From: a virus
Direction: 5' to 3' (one strand)
Virus record (IMG/VR): IMGVR_UViG_3300017963_000231
Location: 22,829-86,828 of that record
Length of the DNA stretch: 64,000 nt
The first letter of the stretch is position 1. Every line of letters starts with the position of its first letter. Both the position numbers and the translations under genes were made by a program. The notes beneath the pieces were generated by a model. The model ran no database searches. It was not told the DNA's origin and was given only the letters and a program-made list of their open reading frames with translations. This document shows positions 9,100-17,226 of this stretch, piece after piece.

Positions 9100-9876
9100 A
9101 TGAAAGAGGCTAAGGTAGGAATGATCGATCTCGGAAATACCGGGATGGATGTAGGGTCTGAGCTTTATGATATTTGGCGGGTGAAGATCAAACTTCGGAA
9201 TGTGGTTTACGGCGGGGTGCCCAAGGATCCGAAAATAATTCAGAAGTGGATTGATGAGAAGATCAAGAAGGCCATTAAGGCCGGGCATGACATCACGCCG
9301 GAAATCGCGGAGGAAGAGCGGAAAAGGATCATGGAGACTCTGAATCTGGATGAGGACTCTAAGTGGTGCGGGTTCAAGGATATCTATCAGGGCGAAGAGG
9401 TTGGGCCGTATCTGGACGGCTACAATTTCAAGGCGATGATCCGAGAAGGGGCTACTCAAACCGGAGCCATGCTCCTTCGGTTCTCAAATAACCGGGGACT
9501 TCGCCAGCATTATCAGCATGGGATGCATGTCAAGGCAGGGGACGGCAAAAGCGATATTATCAGGTTGGGTAAGGTGGATGGTCAAGAAGAGTTTGTGGGC
9601 CATGTCAAGACTCCTCAAGGCGAAAAATCCATCCTTTCTCGGCATGATTATGTGGGATCGAGGGAACTTGAATTCCAGGTTTGGAGCCTCGCGGTAGGTA
9701 TCCTGGATGATGAATTGTTGGCCACCATCTTGAAGGCTACTCAGGAGATTGGACTTGGGGCTTGCCGGTCCAGGGAGTTGAGCAAGTTCGATCTTGTGGA
9801 GATGGAGCGGATTCAGGTAGGGAAGATCGACCATTTTCTCAAGATGAAGGCCAAGAAAGGGAAAAAAGACGCATAA
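9100..9876 (+). CDS. Solo Cas7/RAMP-like RNA-binding protein
   Basis: N-terminal strand RVKIKLRNVVYGG, PYLDGYNFKAMIREGA (like the P.ipg.s.KG.lR motif of Cas7/Csm3) and C-terminal G-loop GLGACRSRELSKF; RBS AAGGAGG. Confidence 0.75.
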   Translation: MKEAKVGMIDLGNTGMDVGSELYDIWRVKIKLRNVVYGGVPKDPKIIQKWIDEKIKKAIKAGHDITPEIAEEERKRIMETLNLDEDSKWCGFKDIYQGEEVGPYLDGYNFKAMIREGATQTGAMLLRFSNNRGLRQHYQHGMHVKAGDGKSDIIRLGKVDGQEEFVGHVKTPQGEKSILSRHDYVGSRELEFQVWSLAVGILDDELLATILKATQEIGLGACRSRELSKFDLVEMERIQVGKIDHFLKMKAKKGKKDA

Positions 9877-9881
9877 TGTGC

Positions 9882-10000
9882 GGAGATTTTCCCACAAGGA
9901 GTATGGTTTTTTCAGGCGGATGATTTTAACGCTTTCGGGATCATTTTAGCGTGAGGGGATTCATTTCCGATTTTTGTGGATGATTGGGCTTCTTGTGGGA
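9882..10000 (+). repeat. Degenerate GGA-headed repeats with about 20-nt period
   Basis: GGA at 9898, 9918, 9938, 9957, 9978 and 9998, several followed by T(G/C)ATT. Confidence 0.5.
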
Positions 10001-10094
10001 AGTGGAGGGTCAACTTAGAGTTGACGGGAGTTATCGGCCCCTCCCGGCTGAGAATGACTTTGAAACGGCGGGGTTTCAGGGTAATTTGATCTTT

Positions 10095-10572
10095 GACAAT
10101 TCAGTGGGACAAGTCAGGCTAGATCAGTACAAATCATGGGGACTTATCTACTCTGTGCAATACTACTCAGTTCAAATCGAGAGGACTTTTCCTTGCGCTA
10201 CCTATCGGAACGGCAAGACTGATCCAGTCATCTCAACTTATATCAAATCGGAGCGACTTTGCGTTACCAGTCCACTCAGGTCGTTATGACTCATCGGATC
10301 ATCTCAACTCGTGTCTAGAGGACCAATCAGCTAGAGGCAAATCGGAACGTATCCATGGGACTAATCTAATCAAATCTGTTCTGAGAGACTACACTATACA
10401 ACGCACTACGAAACGGTATGACCACTCATGACGGAGCAAGGCGAAGCTATGCCCAGGGACTTATCTAATCAAATCTGTTCTGAGAGACTAGGCACTTCAT
10501 TACCTATCATTGTGACATATCAATTCGATTCCAGGGGACATATCAAACCGCTACTGATCGATACGGAGGGAC
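10095..10572 (+). repeat. Pentamer-periodic array: 15 units of GAC-(NNNNC)n-NNNNN plus a terminal GAC; candidate guide-RNA array
   Basis: All GAC-to-GAC distances equal 3+5k nt; 68 of 71 internal pentamers end in C (hand count). Confidence 0.92.
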
Positions 10573-10577
10573 AAAAT

Positions 10578-11165
10578 ATGAAATTAATGGTTTGCAATAA
10601 ATGCGGAGATGTGATTTTTCCTCGCGGGGAAGCGGGGATATGGAAGTGGTGTATTTGCGGAAACATTGGAGGCATGTACGAGGACGGGTTGAAGTTTCTT
10701 GTGGCGATTGACGATCCGGATTATGCTCGGGTTGTGGGGATCGATAACAATGTTCTCGTAGGGAACTGTGACTTAGGGGAGATATGGAAGCAAAAGCCGG
10801 GTGATCCAGCTTCCGGACGTAACCTGAAGGAGATATCCATTACCGAGGCCAGACGGGTTTACGGGTACTCTGGAGAGGCTTCGGATACTCTTGTGATCGA
10901 CTTGGCTAAGGTGGTAGGGGTAGTTCCATCTGATTCGAGCCCGTGCTTTTCGGAAATGGTGTTCCATCTTGTCATGAAGGCTGATCGTATTAATAGGGAG
11001 AGGCTCAGAGCTATCTTCCCTATTTATGTTCAAATGGTGGATAGATTCCAGCTTAAAGACGGGGTTATCGCTCATCCTCAGCATCCGGAGATGGGGTTTT
11101 ATGAGCCTTGCGGGGATAAGGGCTATCAGTGGCGATATCCTTTAGATACGGAGATAAGCAAGTAA
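10578..11165 (+). CDS. Zn-finger-containing hypothetical protein
   Basis: RBS GGAGG at the array end; CNKC...CICG. Confidence 0.75.
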   Translation: MKLMVCNKCGDVIFPRGEAGIWKWCICGNIGGMYEDGLKFLVAIDDPDYARVVGIDNNVLVGNCDLGEIWKQKPGDPASGRNLKEISITEARRVYGYSGEASDTLVIDLAKVVGVVPSDSSPCFSEMVFHLVMKADRINRERLRAIFPIYVQMVDRFQLKDGVIAHPQHPEMGFYEPCGDKGYQWRYPLDTEISK

Positions 11166-11169
11166 AAAC

Positions 11170-11196
11170 GGGGGCTTCGGCCCCCTAAATTTTTTT
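11170..11196 (+). terminator. Intrinsic terminator
   Basis: GGGGGC-TTCG-GCCCCC followed by a T-rich tract. Confidence 0.75.
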
Positions 11197-11235
11197 CATT
11201 TTTTTCTTGACAAACGGTTTTATAGGTGTTATACT
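11188..11235 (+). promoter_or_regulatory. Repeated strong promoter (copy 1)
   Basis: T tracts, then TTGACA(11207)-17 nt-TATACT. Confidence 0.88.
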
Positions 11236-11302
11236 AGATTTTACAATCGAATAACGGGAAACAAGCAAGGCAAGACGTTAAGGAAATAAGGAGGGGAGCA
11301 AA

Positions 11303-11473
11303 ATGAAAAGCATCAAGGAATTAGAGATAGACATCATCGAGGCGGAAGAGGCCATCGAGATGGAAAATAACCCTGAAATGATCCAGTTTTGGGAAGAGGA
11401 AATCAAAGACACAAAGGCGTTGATCGATGAGATCCAGTGGGCTCTTCACATGGTTCCGGCGGTCACAAAGTAA
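11303..11473 (+). CDS. Small acidic protein (56 aa, not in the ORF track)
   Basis: RBS AAGGAGG; MKSIKELEIDII...PAVTK. Confidence 0.7.
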   Translation: MKSIKELEIDIIEAEEAIEMENNPEMIQFWEEEIKDTKALIDEIQWALHMVPAVTK

Positions 11474-11487
11474 GGAGGGAAAGTAGG

Positions 11488-12330
11488 ATGGCTGAAGCTA
11501 AGGCAAGTGAGAAAAGGTTGGTTCCGGCCCTAATCGATGGGTATGTGGACTTTCCTTGGATGAAAATCCTGGATGATGGTATCGAGCATAATGATCGAGT
11601 TTTGCTCGTTGGCCATTGCGGGGTTGGAAAGACCAGTTCCGTTGAGCAATTGGCGGCTCGCGGGAATTATGAGTGCCGTCGGGTCAATCTGAATGGGCAA
11701 ACTACCATTTCTGATATGGTGGGCCAGTGGATTGCCAAGGACGGTGAGACGGTGTGGGTTGATGGGATCGTTCCTCAAGCGATGAAGAACGGCCAGTGGC
11801 TCATTCTGGATGAGATCGATTTCGCGATGCCGGAGATTCTGGCAGTGCTCCATTCCGTGCTGGAAGATGATGGATTCCTTGTTCTGGCGGAAAAAGATGC
11901 TGAGGTTGTACGGGCTCATAAGGATTTCAGGGTAATTGCTACTGCCAATAGCATTGGGGCCGATGCCGTGGATCGGGGCCTTTATCAGGGAACTCAGGTG
12001 ATGAATGAGGCGTTTCTTGATCGATGGTCTTGTGTACTCAAGATTGGATGGCCCCCGCAAGAGATTGAGGCTTCCATCCTGGAAAAGCGGGTCAAGGGGC
12101 TCCCTACTTCCGTGGCGGTCCTGATTGTCCGGATTGCTACGGACCTTCGAGGGGCTTTGGAGAAAAATGAGATCATGACCACGTTTTCTCCTCGAAAGTG
12201 CCTCCAGTTGGCGGAAAAGGCCGTGAGGTATGGGGAGGTCATGCGGGCGGCTCAGGTAACAATTTTCAATAAGCAACCCGATGAGGAACGCAAGGTTTTT
12301 GAGGCAGTGTTTCAGCGGTGGTTGGGATAA
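11488..12330 (+). CDS. MoxR/CbbQ/CobS-type AAA+ ATPase
   Basis: GHCGVGKT, LILDEIDFA, IATAN, YQGTQVMNEAFLDRW and FSPR. Confidence 0.9.
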   Translation: MAEAKASEKRLVPALIDGYVDFPWMKILDDGIEHNDRVLLVGHCGVGKTSSVEQLAARGNYECRRVNLNGQTTISDMVGQWIAKDGETVWVDGIVPQAMKNGQWLILDEIDFAMPEILAVLHSVLEDDGFLVLAEKDAEVVRAHKDFRVIATANSIGADAVDRGLYQGTQVMNEAFLDRWSCVLKIGWPPQEIEASILEKRVKGLPTSVAVLIVRIATDLRGALEKNEIMTTFSPRKCLQLAEKAVRYGEVMRAAQVTIFNKQPDEERKVFEAVFQRWLG

Positions 12331-12336
12331 GGAGGG

Positions 12337-12792
12337 GTGATCATGACTACCAAGGTAATAGAGGATAAAGGTGTGGCCGTTTTGAGGCAAGGTAAAGAGA
12401 CTTACAAGGTTCTGATCGATCCAAATAACAATGAGGTCAAAGCGGTCCACATTTCCGGTCCCGGCATGGAAAAGACCTTCAGTAAAGGTACTCGGAGTGA
12501 TCTTTATTCGGCTATCAAACTGGCGAAAGACGTGGTGGCTGAGAAGGTTAAGGACGGATGGGTAAGTAAGGAAACCAATTTTGGTTCCCTTGTGGAAGAT
12601 GTCTACAATATGGGCCTTGATAACGTATCAAAAGCCTCTAAAAAGAAAGGTAAAAAAGGGAAATACGTTATCGAGGAAGTGAAAGACAATGTTCCTCCTC
12701 CCCCTCCCTCGATCAAGGATCTTTTCAAGATGACTCCAGTGGATATCAGTAAGCTGGCGAAAAGTGAGCTTGAAAAAGTGGCTCGGAAGTAA
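12337..12792 (+). CDS. Hypothetical protein
   Basis: RBS AAGGAGG; Lys-rich. Confidence 0.7.
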   Translation: MIMTTKVIEDKGVAVLRQGKETYKVLIDPNNNEVKAVHISGPGMEKTFSKGTRSDLYSAIKLAKDVVAEKVKDGWVSKETNFGSLVEDVYNMGLDNVSKASKKKGKKGKYVIEEVKDNVPPPPPSIKDLFKMTPVDISKLAKSELEKVARK

Positions 12793-12801
12793 GAAAAATT
12801 C

Positions 12802-12830
12802 TTGACAAACTATTTTATAGGTGCTATACT
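12802..12830 (+). promoter_or_regulatory. Repeated strong promoter (copy 2)
   Basis: TTGACA-17 nt-TATACT. Confidence 0.85.
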
Positions 12831-12863
12831 AGGTTTTATCGTTAAGTCAAGGAGGGAAACAAA

Positions 12864-14786
12864 ATGGAATCGGCCTTAGCAAAAGTAGCGAAAATCATGG
12901 CAAGGGAATACGGGTTGAATGTCCGGTTCACCGGGTCCGGGGCTTGCGTTAACCTTAAAACCAAGGAGATGCAACTTCCGGCCCTGGATGATCCGGTCAT
13001 TTTTGAGACCATTTCCGGGTATTTGGACCATGAGGTTGCTCATGTAAGGTTTACGGATATCGTTCCGTCAATTAAGGATTCTCTGACCATGGATCTTTTC
13101 CGGGTGTTGGAGGATGTGAGGGTTGATCGGGATATGGGCAATCTTTACACCGGCTCCCATAAGAATATCGGGCGGACTCGGAAGGCCGTGTATGAGGCTC
13201 TTTTCACGGAAGCCAATGACCTAAATGAGATGTTCTGGATGGATATTCTGGAAATGACTTCGGGCCGGATGGAGTTCGATGAAATGGGTCCGATGGCTCA
13301 GGAAGCCGTTCTCAAAGCCCTTGATCTTTTCATGGGTCTGGATGAGATAAAGACCACGGCTGATTGTGTAAGCCTTTGCGAGAAGATTGCCAAGCGGTGG
13401 AGGGATACCGATGCCAATCCTACTCCTCAGCCGTCTCCTGGAGGCTCTGAGGAGGAGCAAGAGGGGGATAGTGATGGTTCCTCTGATTCTGGCGGTCAGG
13501 GGGATTCTGAGGGCGACTCAAAGGAAGGATCTAAGGGGGGATCAAAGAAAAAAGGCAAGAAGGGCTCGAAAAAAGAGGGAGAGGAAGATAAGGACGGTGA
13601 GGGCAAGAAAAAAGGCAAGGGAAAAAAGAAGGGCGAGGGCAAGAAAAAAGATAAGAAGGGCGATAAAACGGGAGATGTAGACTCTCCTGATGCGAATAGC
13701 AACAAGCATGCTCCGAAGGATGGAGGAACGGAAGCGGCGGGTATCCGGCGGGAGGATGTGGATATCGCCATTATTCGGGATTACGATAAACTGGATTTGA
13801 TCGATCCTGAAAAAGCGTTGGATCACGGGATCAATAAGATCATAAACGCTCAGGTCAAGAAGTGTGCGAATGATGTTCATATCCCTTTTACCACGGAATA
13901 TGATGTGGTTAAAGACGATTCAAAATCCCGGAACACGATAAAAGAGAAAGCCATAAGGGAGGAAGTTAAAAGTACCGTTGGAGTGTTGATCAGGCGGCTT
14001 CAGATGGTTCTTTTGGCTCGGGATCGGGCAAGGGATCGGTTTGAGCTTGATCGGGGTAGGATCGATTCGAGGAGGCTTCATCAGCTTATCCATAAAACGT
14101 CTAATCGAGTGTTTAAGACTCGGGTAGAGGCCGAAACCGAGAGTACCGCCGTTTATCTCTTAGTTGATTGCTCGGGTTCGATGGGAGGAAAGAAAATTAT
14201 AGCGGCTCAGAAGGCGGCTTGCGCGTTTTCAGCTTGTCTCGATCAGCTTGGGATTGTGCATGAAGTAGGTAGTTTTCAGTGTGTCAAGTCTGAGGAGATA
14301 AGAAATGCGTTCGAACAATACATTGAGGCTAACGGCATGGATTGTTATGATTCTCCGTTTAATAGGTATTATGAAATCCTTTCTCATAGCATTGTAAAGC
14401 GATTTGATCAGCCTTTTGCGCAAGGGGCTTTCGCGAATTTAATGGCGGGGTGTAACAATTGTGACGGTGAATCCGTGAGGGTAGCGGCTCGTCTTTTGGC
14501 TCAGAGGCCGGAAAAACGTAAGATTCTTATGGTGTTTTCGGACGGGATGCCTAGTTGTTATTCGGACCATGATTTGCTCCATAAGGATCTTAAAAAGGCC
14601 GTGAAGGAAATCATGGATGCCGGGATTGAGACTATTGGGGTCGGGATCAGGACCAGTGCTCCAAAGATGTTTTATCCTGATTGGATTCTGATCGATGATA
14701 TAACGACTCTTCCTACGGAAGTGATCAGTCAGCTTGAGAAGTTACTCTTTAATGGGATGATCGGGAAAAAGCGGAGGGTAGCGTGA
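12864..14786 (+). CDS. CobT-like protein: N-terminal HEXXH domain, charged linker, C-terminal VWA domain
   Basis: DHEVAH...LEDVRV; DCSGSM MIDAS motif; MVFSDGMP. Confidence 0.88.
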   Translation: MESALAKVAKIMAREYGLNVRFTGSGACVNLKTKEMQLPALDDPVIFETISGYLDHEVAHVRFTDIVPSIKDSLTMDLFRVLEDVRVDRDMGNLYTGSHKNIGRTRKAVYEALFTEANDLNEMFWMDILEMTSGRMEFDEMGPMAQEAVLKALDLFMGLDEIKTTADCVSLCEKIAKRWRDTDANPTPQPSPGGSEEEQEGDSDGSSDSGGQGDSEGDSKEGSKGGSKKKGKKGSKKEGEEDKDGEGKKKGKGKKKGEGKKKDKKGDKTGDVDSPDANSNKHAPKDGGTEAAGIRREDVDIAIIRDYDKLDLIDPEKALDHGINKIINAQVKKCANDVHIPFTTEYDVVKDDSKSRNTIKEKAIREEVKSTVGVLIRRLQMVLLARDRARDRFELDRGRIDSRRLHQLIHKTSNRVFKTRVEAETESTAVYLLVDCSGSMGGKKIIAAQKAACAFSACLDQLGIVHEVGSFQCVKSEEIRNAFEQYIEANGMDCYDSPFNRYYEILSHSIVKRFDQPFAQGAFANLMAGCNNCDGESVRVAARLLAQRPEKRKILMVFSDGMPSCYSDHDLLHKDLKKAVKEIMDAGIETIGVGIRTSAPKMFYPDWILIDDITTLPTEVISQLEKLLFNGMIGKKRRVA

Positions 14787-15334
14787 AAGGAATTGAAGGA
14801 CATCCTTGGAAGAGGTCTGCTCCTTCAAAGCCTAAAGATGTTGATGACAAAATTGATTTCGGGGCGATGAAGGGGCGAAGGGTGAGTGATCTTACGGGTA
14901 GGGAAGCATGGTATGCTCGGAATGTGATCCTATCTAATCCGGAGCTTGAGCCTGAATGGGGAGATGCCGTCCGTAGCCACATGGAAGTTATCGGGGTAGA
15001 TCTTAGATGGCGTGAGGATACTCCCGTTGATGTACCGTTTGAGATTATTGATAAGTATTCTCTTAATTTTCTCGGGAGGTTCATCCAATATTATCGAAAG
15101 ACGATTGATAATGGGGATCCTCAAGGATTTGTAACTTTTATTGGGCTGGAGATTTGGCGGGCTTTTGAAAATTATCAGTCTTTAAAAAATCCGTTATTTA
15201 GTACGTTTAGGGCTAGATGTGAAGGGTTGATTTGGACTCTTCGATATACCGGGGCTATCATTGTACCTTATGATGTGGAGGATGGGTTTGCGTTGGGTCC
15301 GAATATTGAGGATGAAGAAGCAATTCTATTTTAG
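14783..15334 (+). CDS. Hypothetical protein
   Basis: GTGA-coupled ORF. Confidence 0.7.
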   Translation: MKGIEGHPWKRSAPSKPKDVDDKIDFGAMKGRRVSDLTGREAWYARNVILSNPELEPEWGDAVRSHMEVIGVDLRWREDTPVDVPFEIIDKYSLNFLGRFIQYYRKTIDNGDPQGFVTFIGLEIWRAFENYQSLKNPLFSTFRARCEGLIWTLRYTGAIIVPYDVEDGFALGPNIEDEEAILF

Positions 15335-15580
15335 ATGAAAGGGAAAAAATATAAGGGTTTAACTGAGAAGCAATGGCGGACTCTTTTGCATCCAGGGATG
15401 CGAACGGGTAAGTTCCATCCTCAAGATTATAAGGAGAAAGCGACGTGCGGGCAATTGACCAAAAAGGGGTTGATTGAGTTTCGGGAGTGGAGGGATGGAA
15501 ATAATTACAAGAGGGATGGATATGCTTTGACGGTGGCCGGGTTAAATATGGTACTGGCTGAACTTATCCCAGGAAAGTAG
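15335..15580 (+). CDS. Small protein, possible winged helix
   Basis: QLTKKGLIE...YALTVAG pattern. Confidence 0.55.
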   Translation: MKGKKYKGLTEKQWRTLLHPGMRTGKFHPQDYKEKATCGQLTKKGLIEFREWRDGNNYKRDGYALTVAGLNMVLAELIPGK

Positions 15581-15583
15581 AGG

Positions 15584-15613
15584 TTGACAAGCGGTATAAA
15601 GGTGTGTCATAAT
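15584..15613 (+). promoter_or_regulatory. sigma70-type promoter
   Basis: TTGACA-18 nt-CATAAT with extended TG. Confidence 0.6.
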
Positions 15614-15632
15614 CTTACTGTGAGGATACGCC

Positions 15633-16697
15633 ATGGCGTTTGAGGTCGCGAGGATCAAAGAGAAGGAACGCTTGAGAATGACCGTCAAGGATCTTGAAGA
15701 TTCGGTACGGTGTCAGGGGTGCAAGATTTATCCAATTTGCGGGGGTTGGGGAGAGTTCGATGATTCGCGGTGGTGTACTCAAGAATGTGAGTGGTGCCGG
15801 GCTATATGTTGTCGATCTCCCAAGGCAAAAGAATCTATAAAGCAATTAAATGGACTCGGGATTCAAAATGTGAAGTGGGTTCCATTTGAGGTTGATCTTC
15901 CTCCTATTATTCCGCAACTTAATGCCCATTCTTTCGGGGTTTACCATCCAGCTTATGGGATATCAGCTAAAAAATTGTTCTATCCAACGACCGGGGGTTG
16001 GTCTAAGGAGAAGAATCTAAGGAAGCGATTTGGTATTCCTTCAGAGAGTAAGATTGTACTCTCGTTTTCCGTTAAAGATGTGATTTTAGATACTTGGGCT
16101 CATTTTCTTGATGAAGCGTGTGAACGTTTAGCTGAGTATGACATTGATTATGTAACGGCAATGAATTTTTCGATATATCGTAATTATCCTCCTCTTGATC
16201 GGCTTGTGAGTTTGAGAAGGAGGTTTTATACGATGGAACGTTTGCAGAATCATGGGATTAAGGTGATTCCAAGTATTGGTTGGGTTAGGGAAATTGATCT
16301 GAAGCGACAGGCTAGGTGGTGCCGTGAGAATAAGCCTTCGATGGTTTCTTATAACATGACCATGATTCGAGCCAGACCGGGAAATTCTGATTGGGAACCG
16401 GAGATGGATCAACTTCGCAAATTTCGCGAGTGGTGTGGGTATCCCGTCAAGTTTTTAATGACCGGAGCAAGCGGACCATCCAGAATTAAGGGACTTGTGA
16501 CTGATTTGGATGGAGTTATATTTTATGATACCAAGACATATCGATTTGCGGAGTTCCATCGTAAGGTATGGGACCTGGATTGGGATAAATCAGTCTCGGT
16601 AAAAGATATGTTTTCTCAGAACTTAGAGTATTCTAGTTGGGTTTATGATTTGACTTTGGAGGATAAAGAAGATCAACGGAGGGAAGCAAATGGGTGA
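15633..16697 (+). CDS. DUF4417-like protein with Cys-rich N-terminus
   Basis: AMNFSIYRNYP...LQNHGIKVIPSIGW resembles the DUF4417 PDFS.Y.D.P...Q..GI.VIP...W pattern. Confidence 0.65.
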   Translation: MAFEVARIKEKERLRMTVKDLEDSVRCQGCKIYPICGGWGEFDDSRWCTQECEWCRAICCRSPKAKESIKQLNGLGIQNVKWVPFEVDLPPIIPQLNAHSFGVYHPAYGISAKKLFYPTTGGWSKEKNLRKRFGIPSESKIVLSFSVKDVILDTWAHFLDEACERLAEYDIDYVTAMNFSIYRNYPPLDRLVSLRRRFYTMERLQNHGIKVIPSIGWVREIDLKRQARWCRENKPSMVSYNMTMIRARPGNSDWEPEMDQLRKFREWCGYPVKFLMTGASGPSRIKGLVTDLDGVIFYDTKTYRFAEFHRKVWDLDWDKSVSVKDMFSQNLEYSSWVYDLTLEDKEDQRREANG

Positions 16698-17223
16698 TGC
16701 AAGGGCCGGTGGGGGAGGTGGCGGGGCCGGAGTGACTTCCGGACTCGTTATCACAAGTGGGGTTGTGGATGCCAGCATTCGAGACGTGAACAATCGATTT
16801 GGGTTCGAGCAACCGCGAGGAACGCGAGAATCAGATGAAGGTGTTTTAAGTCATGTTGGAGCGACTCAAGGAGCCTCTACTCAGTTCCAGAGGGTAAATC
16901 AGCCTAATGCTAGGGTAACAACTCGTTCGGAGCGAATAACGGCGGCTCAGGCCGAATCCGGGCAATCTTCAACTCGATTGACAACTAGGATCACGGGAAC
17001 ACGGGGGGATTCGGAAGTCACTATCAGGTCAGAGGGTCCACGGGCAGGGCAAGCGAACGGGCCTCGGGTTGATAGCGTGCGTGTTACAGCTCGGGCTCGT
17101 GGCCGAAACATGGATCCAATTACTCGAAGGCCCAATGAATCAGCCAATTCTTTTCGGGGGCGGGTGCGGAATGGCGTGAGCACTTTCTTTGATCGAACGG
17201 CGCTCAAAACCGTGGAGGATTAA
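16690..17223 (+). CDS. MGD-(Gly)n N-terminal family protein 1, Arg-rich
   Basis: Begins MGDARAGGGGGGAG. Confidence 0.8.
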   Translation: MGDARAGGGGGGAGVTSGLVITSGVVDASIRDVNNRFGFEQPRGTRESDEGVLSHVGATQGASTQFQRVNQPNARVTTRSERITAAQAESGQSSTRLTTRITGTRGDSEVTIRSEGPRAGQANGPRVDSVRVTARARGRNMDPITRRPNESANSFRGRVRNGVSTFFDRTALKTVED

Positions 17224-17226
17224 ATA

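Noticed and set aside
10095-10572. Canonical CRISPR array
   Set aside because: No conserved direct repeat of typical length; only GAC and every fifth C are invariant.
9984-10577. ORF 9984-10289 and the N-terminal extension 10428-10577 of the next ORF
   Set aside because: They run through a 5-nt-periodic array that is not codon-phased and lack an RBS; the real gene starts at ATG 10578 after GGAGG.
13430-13680. Purine-rich low-complexity tract
   Set aside because: Encodes the Lys/Gly/Glu linker of the CobT-like protein.
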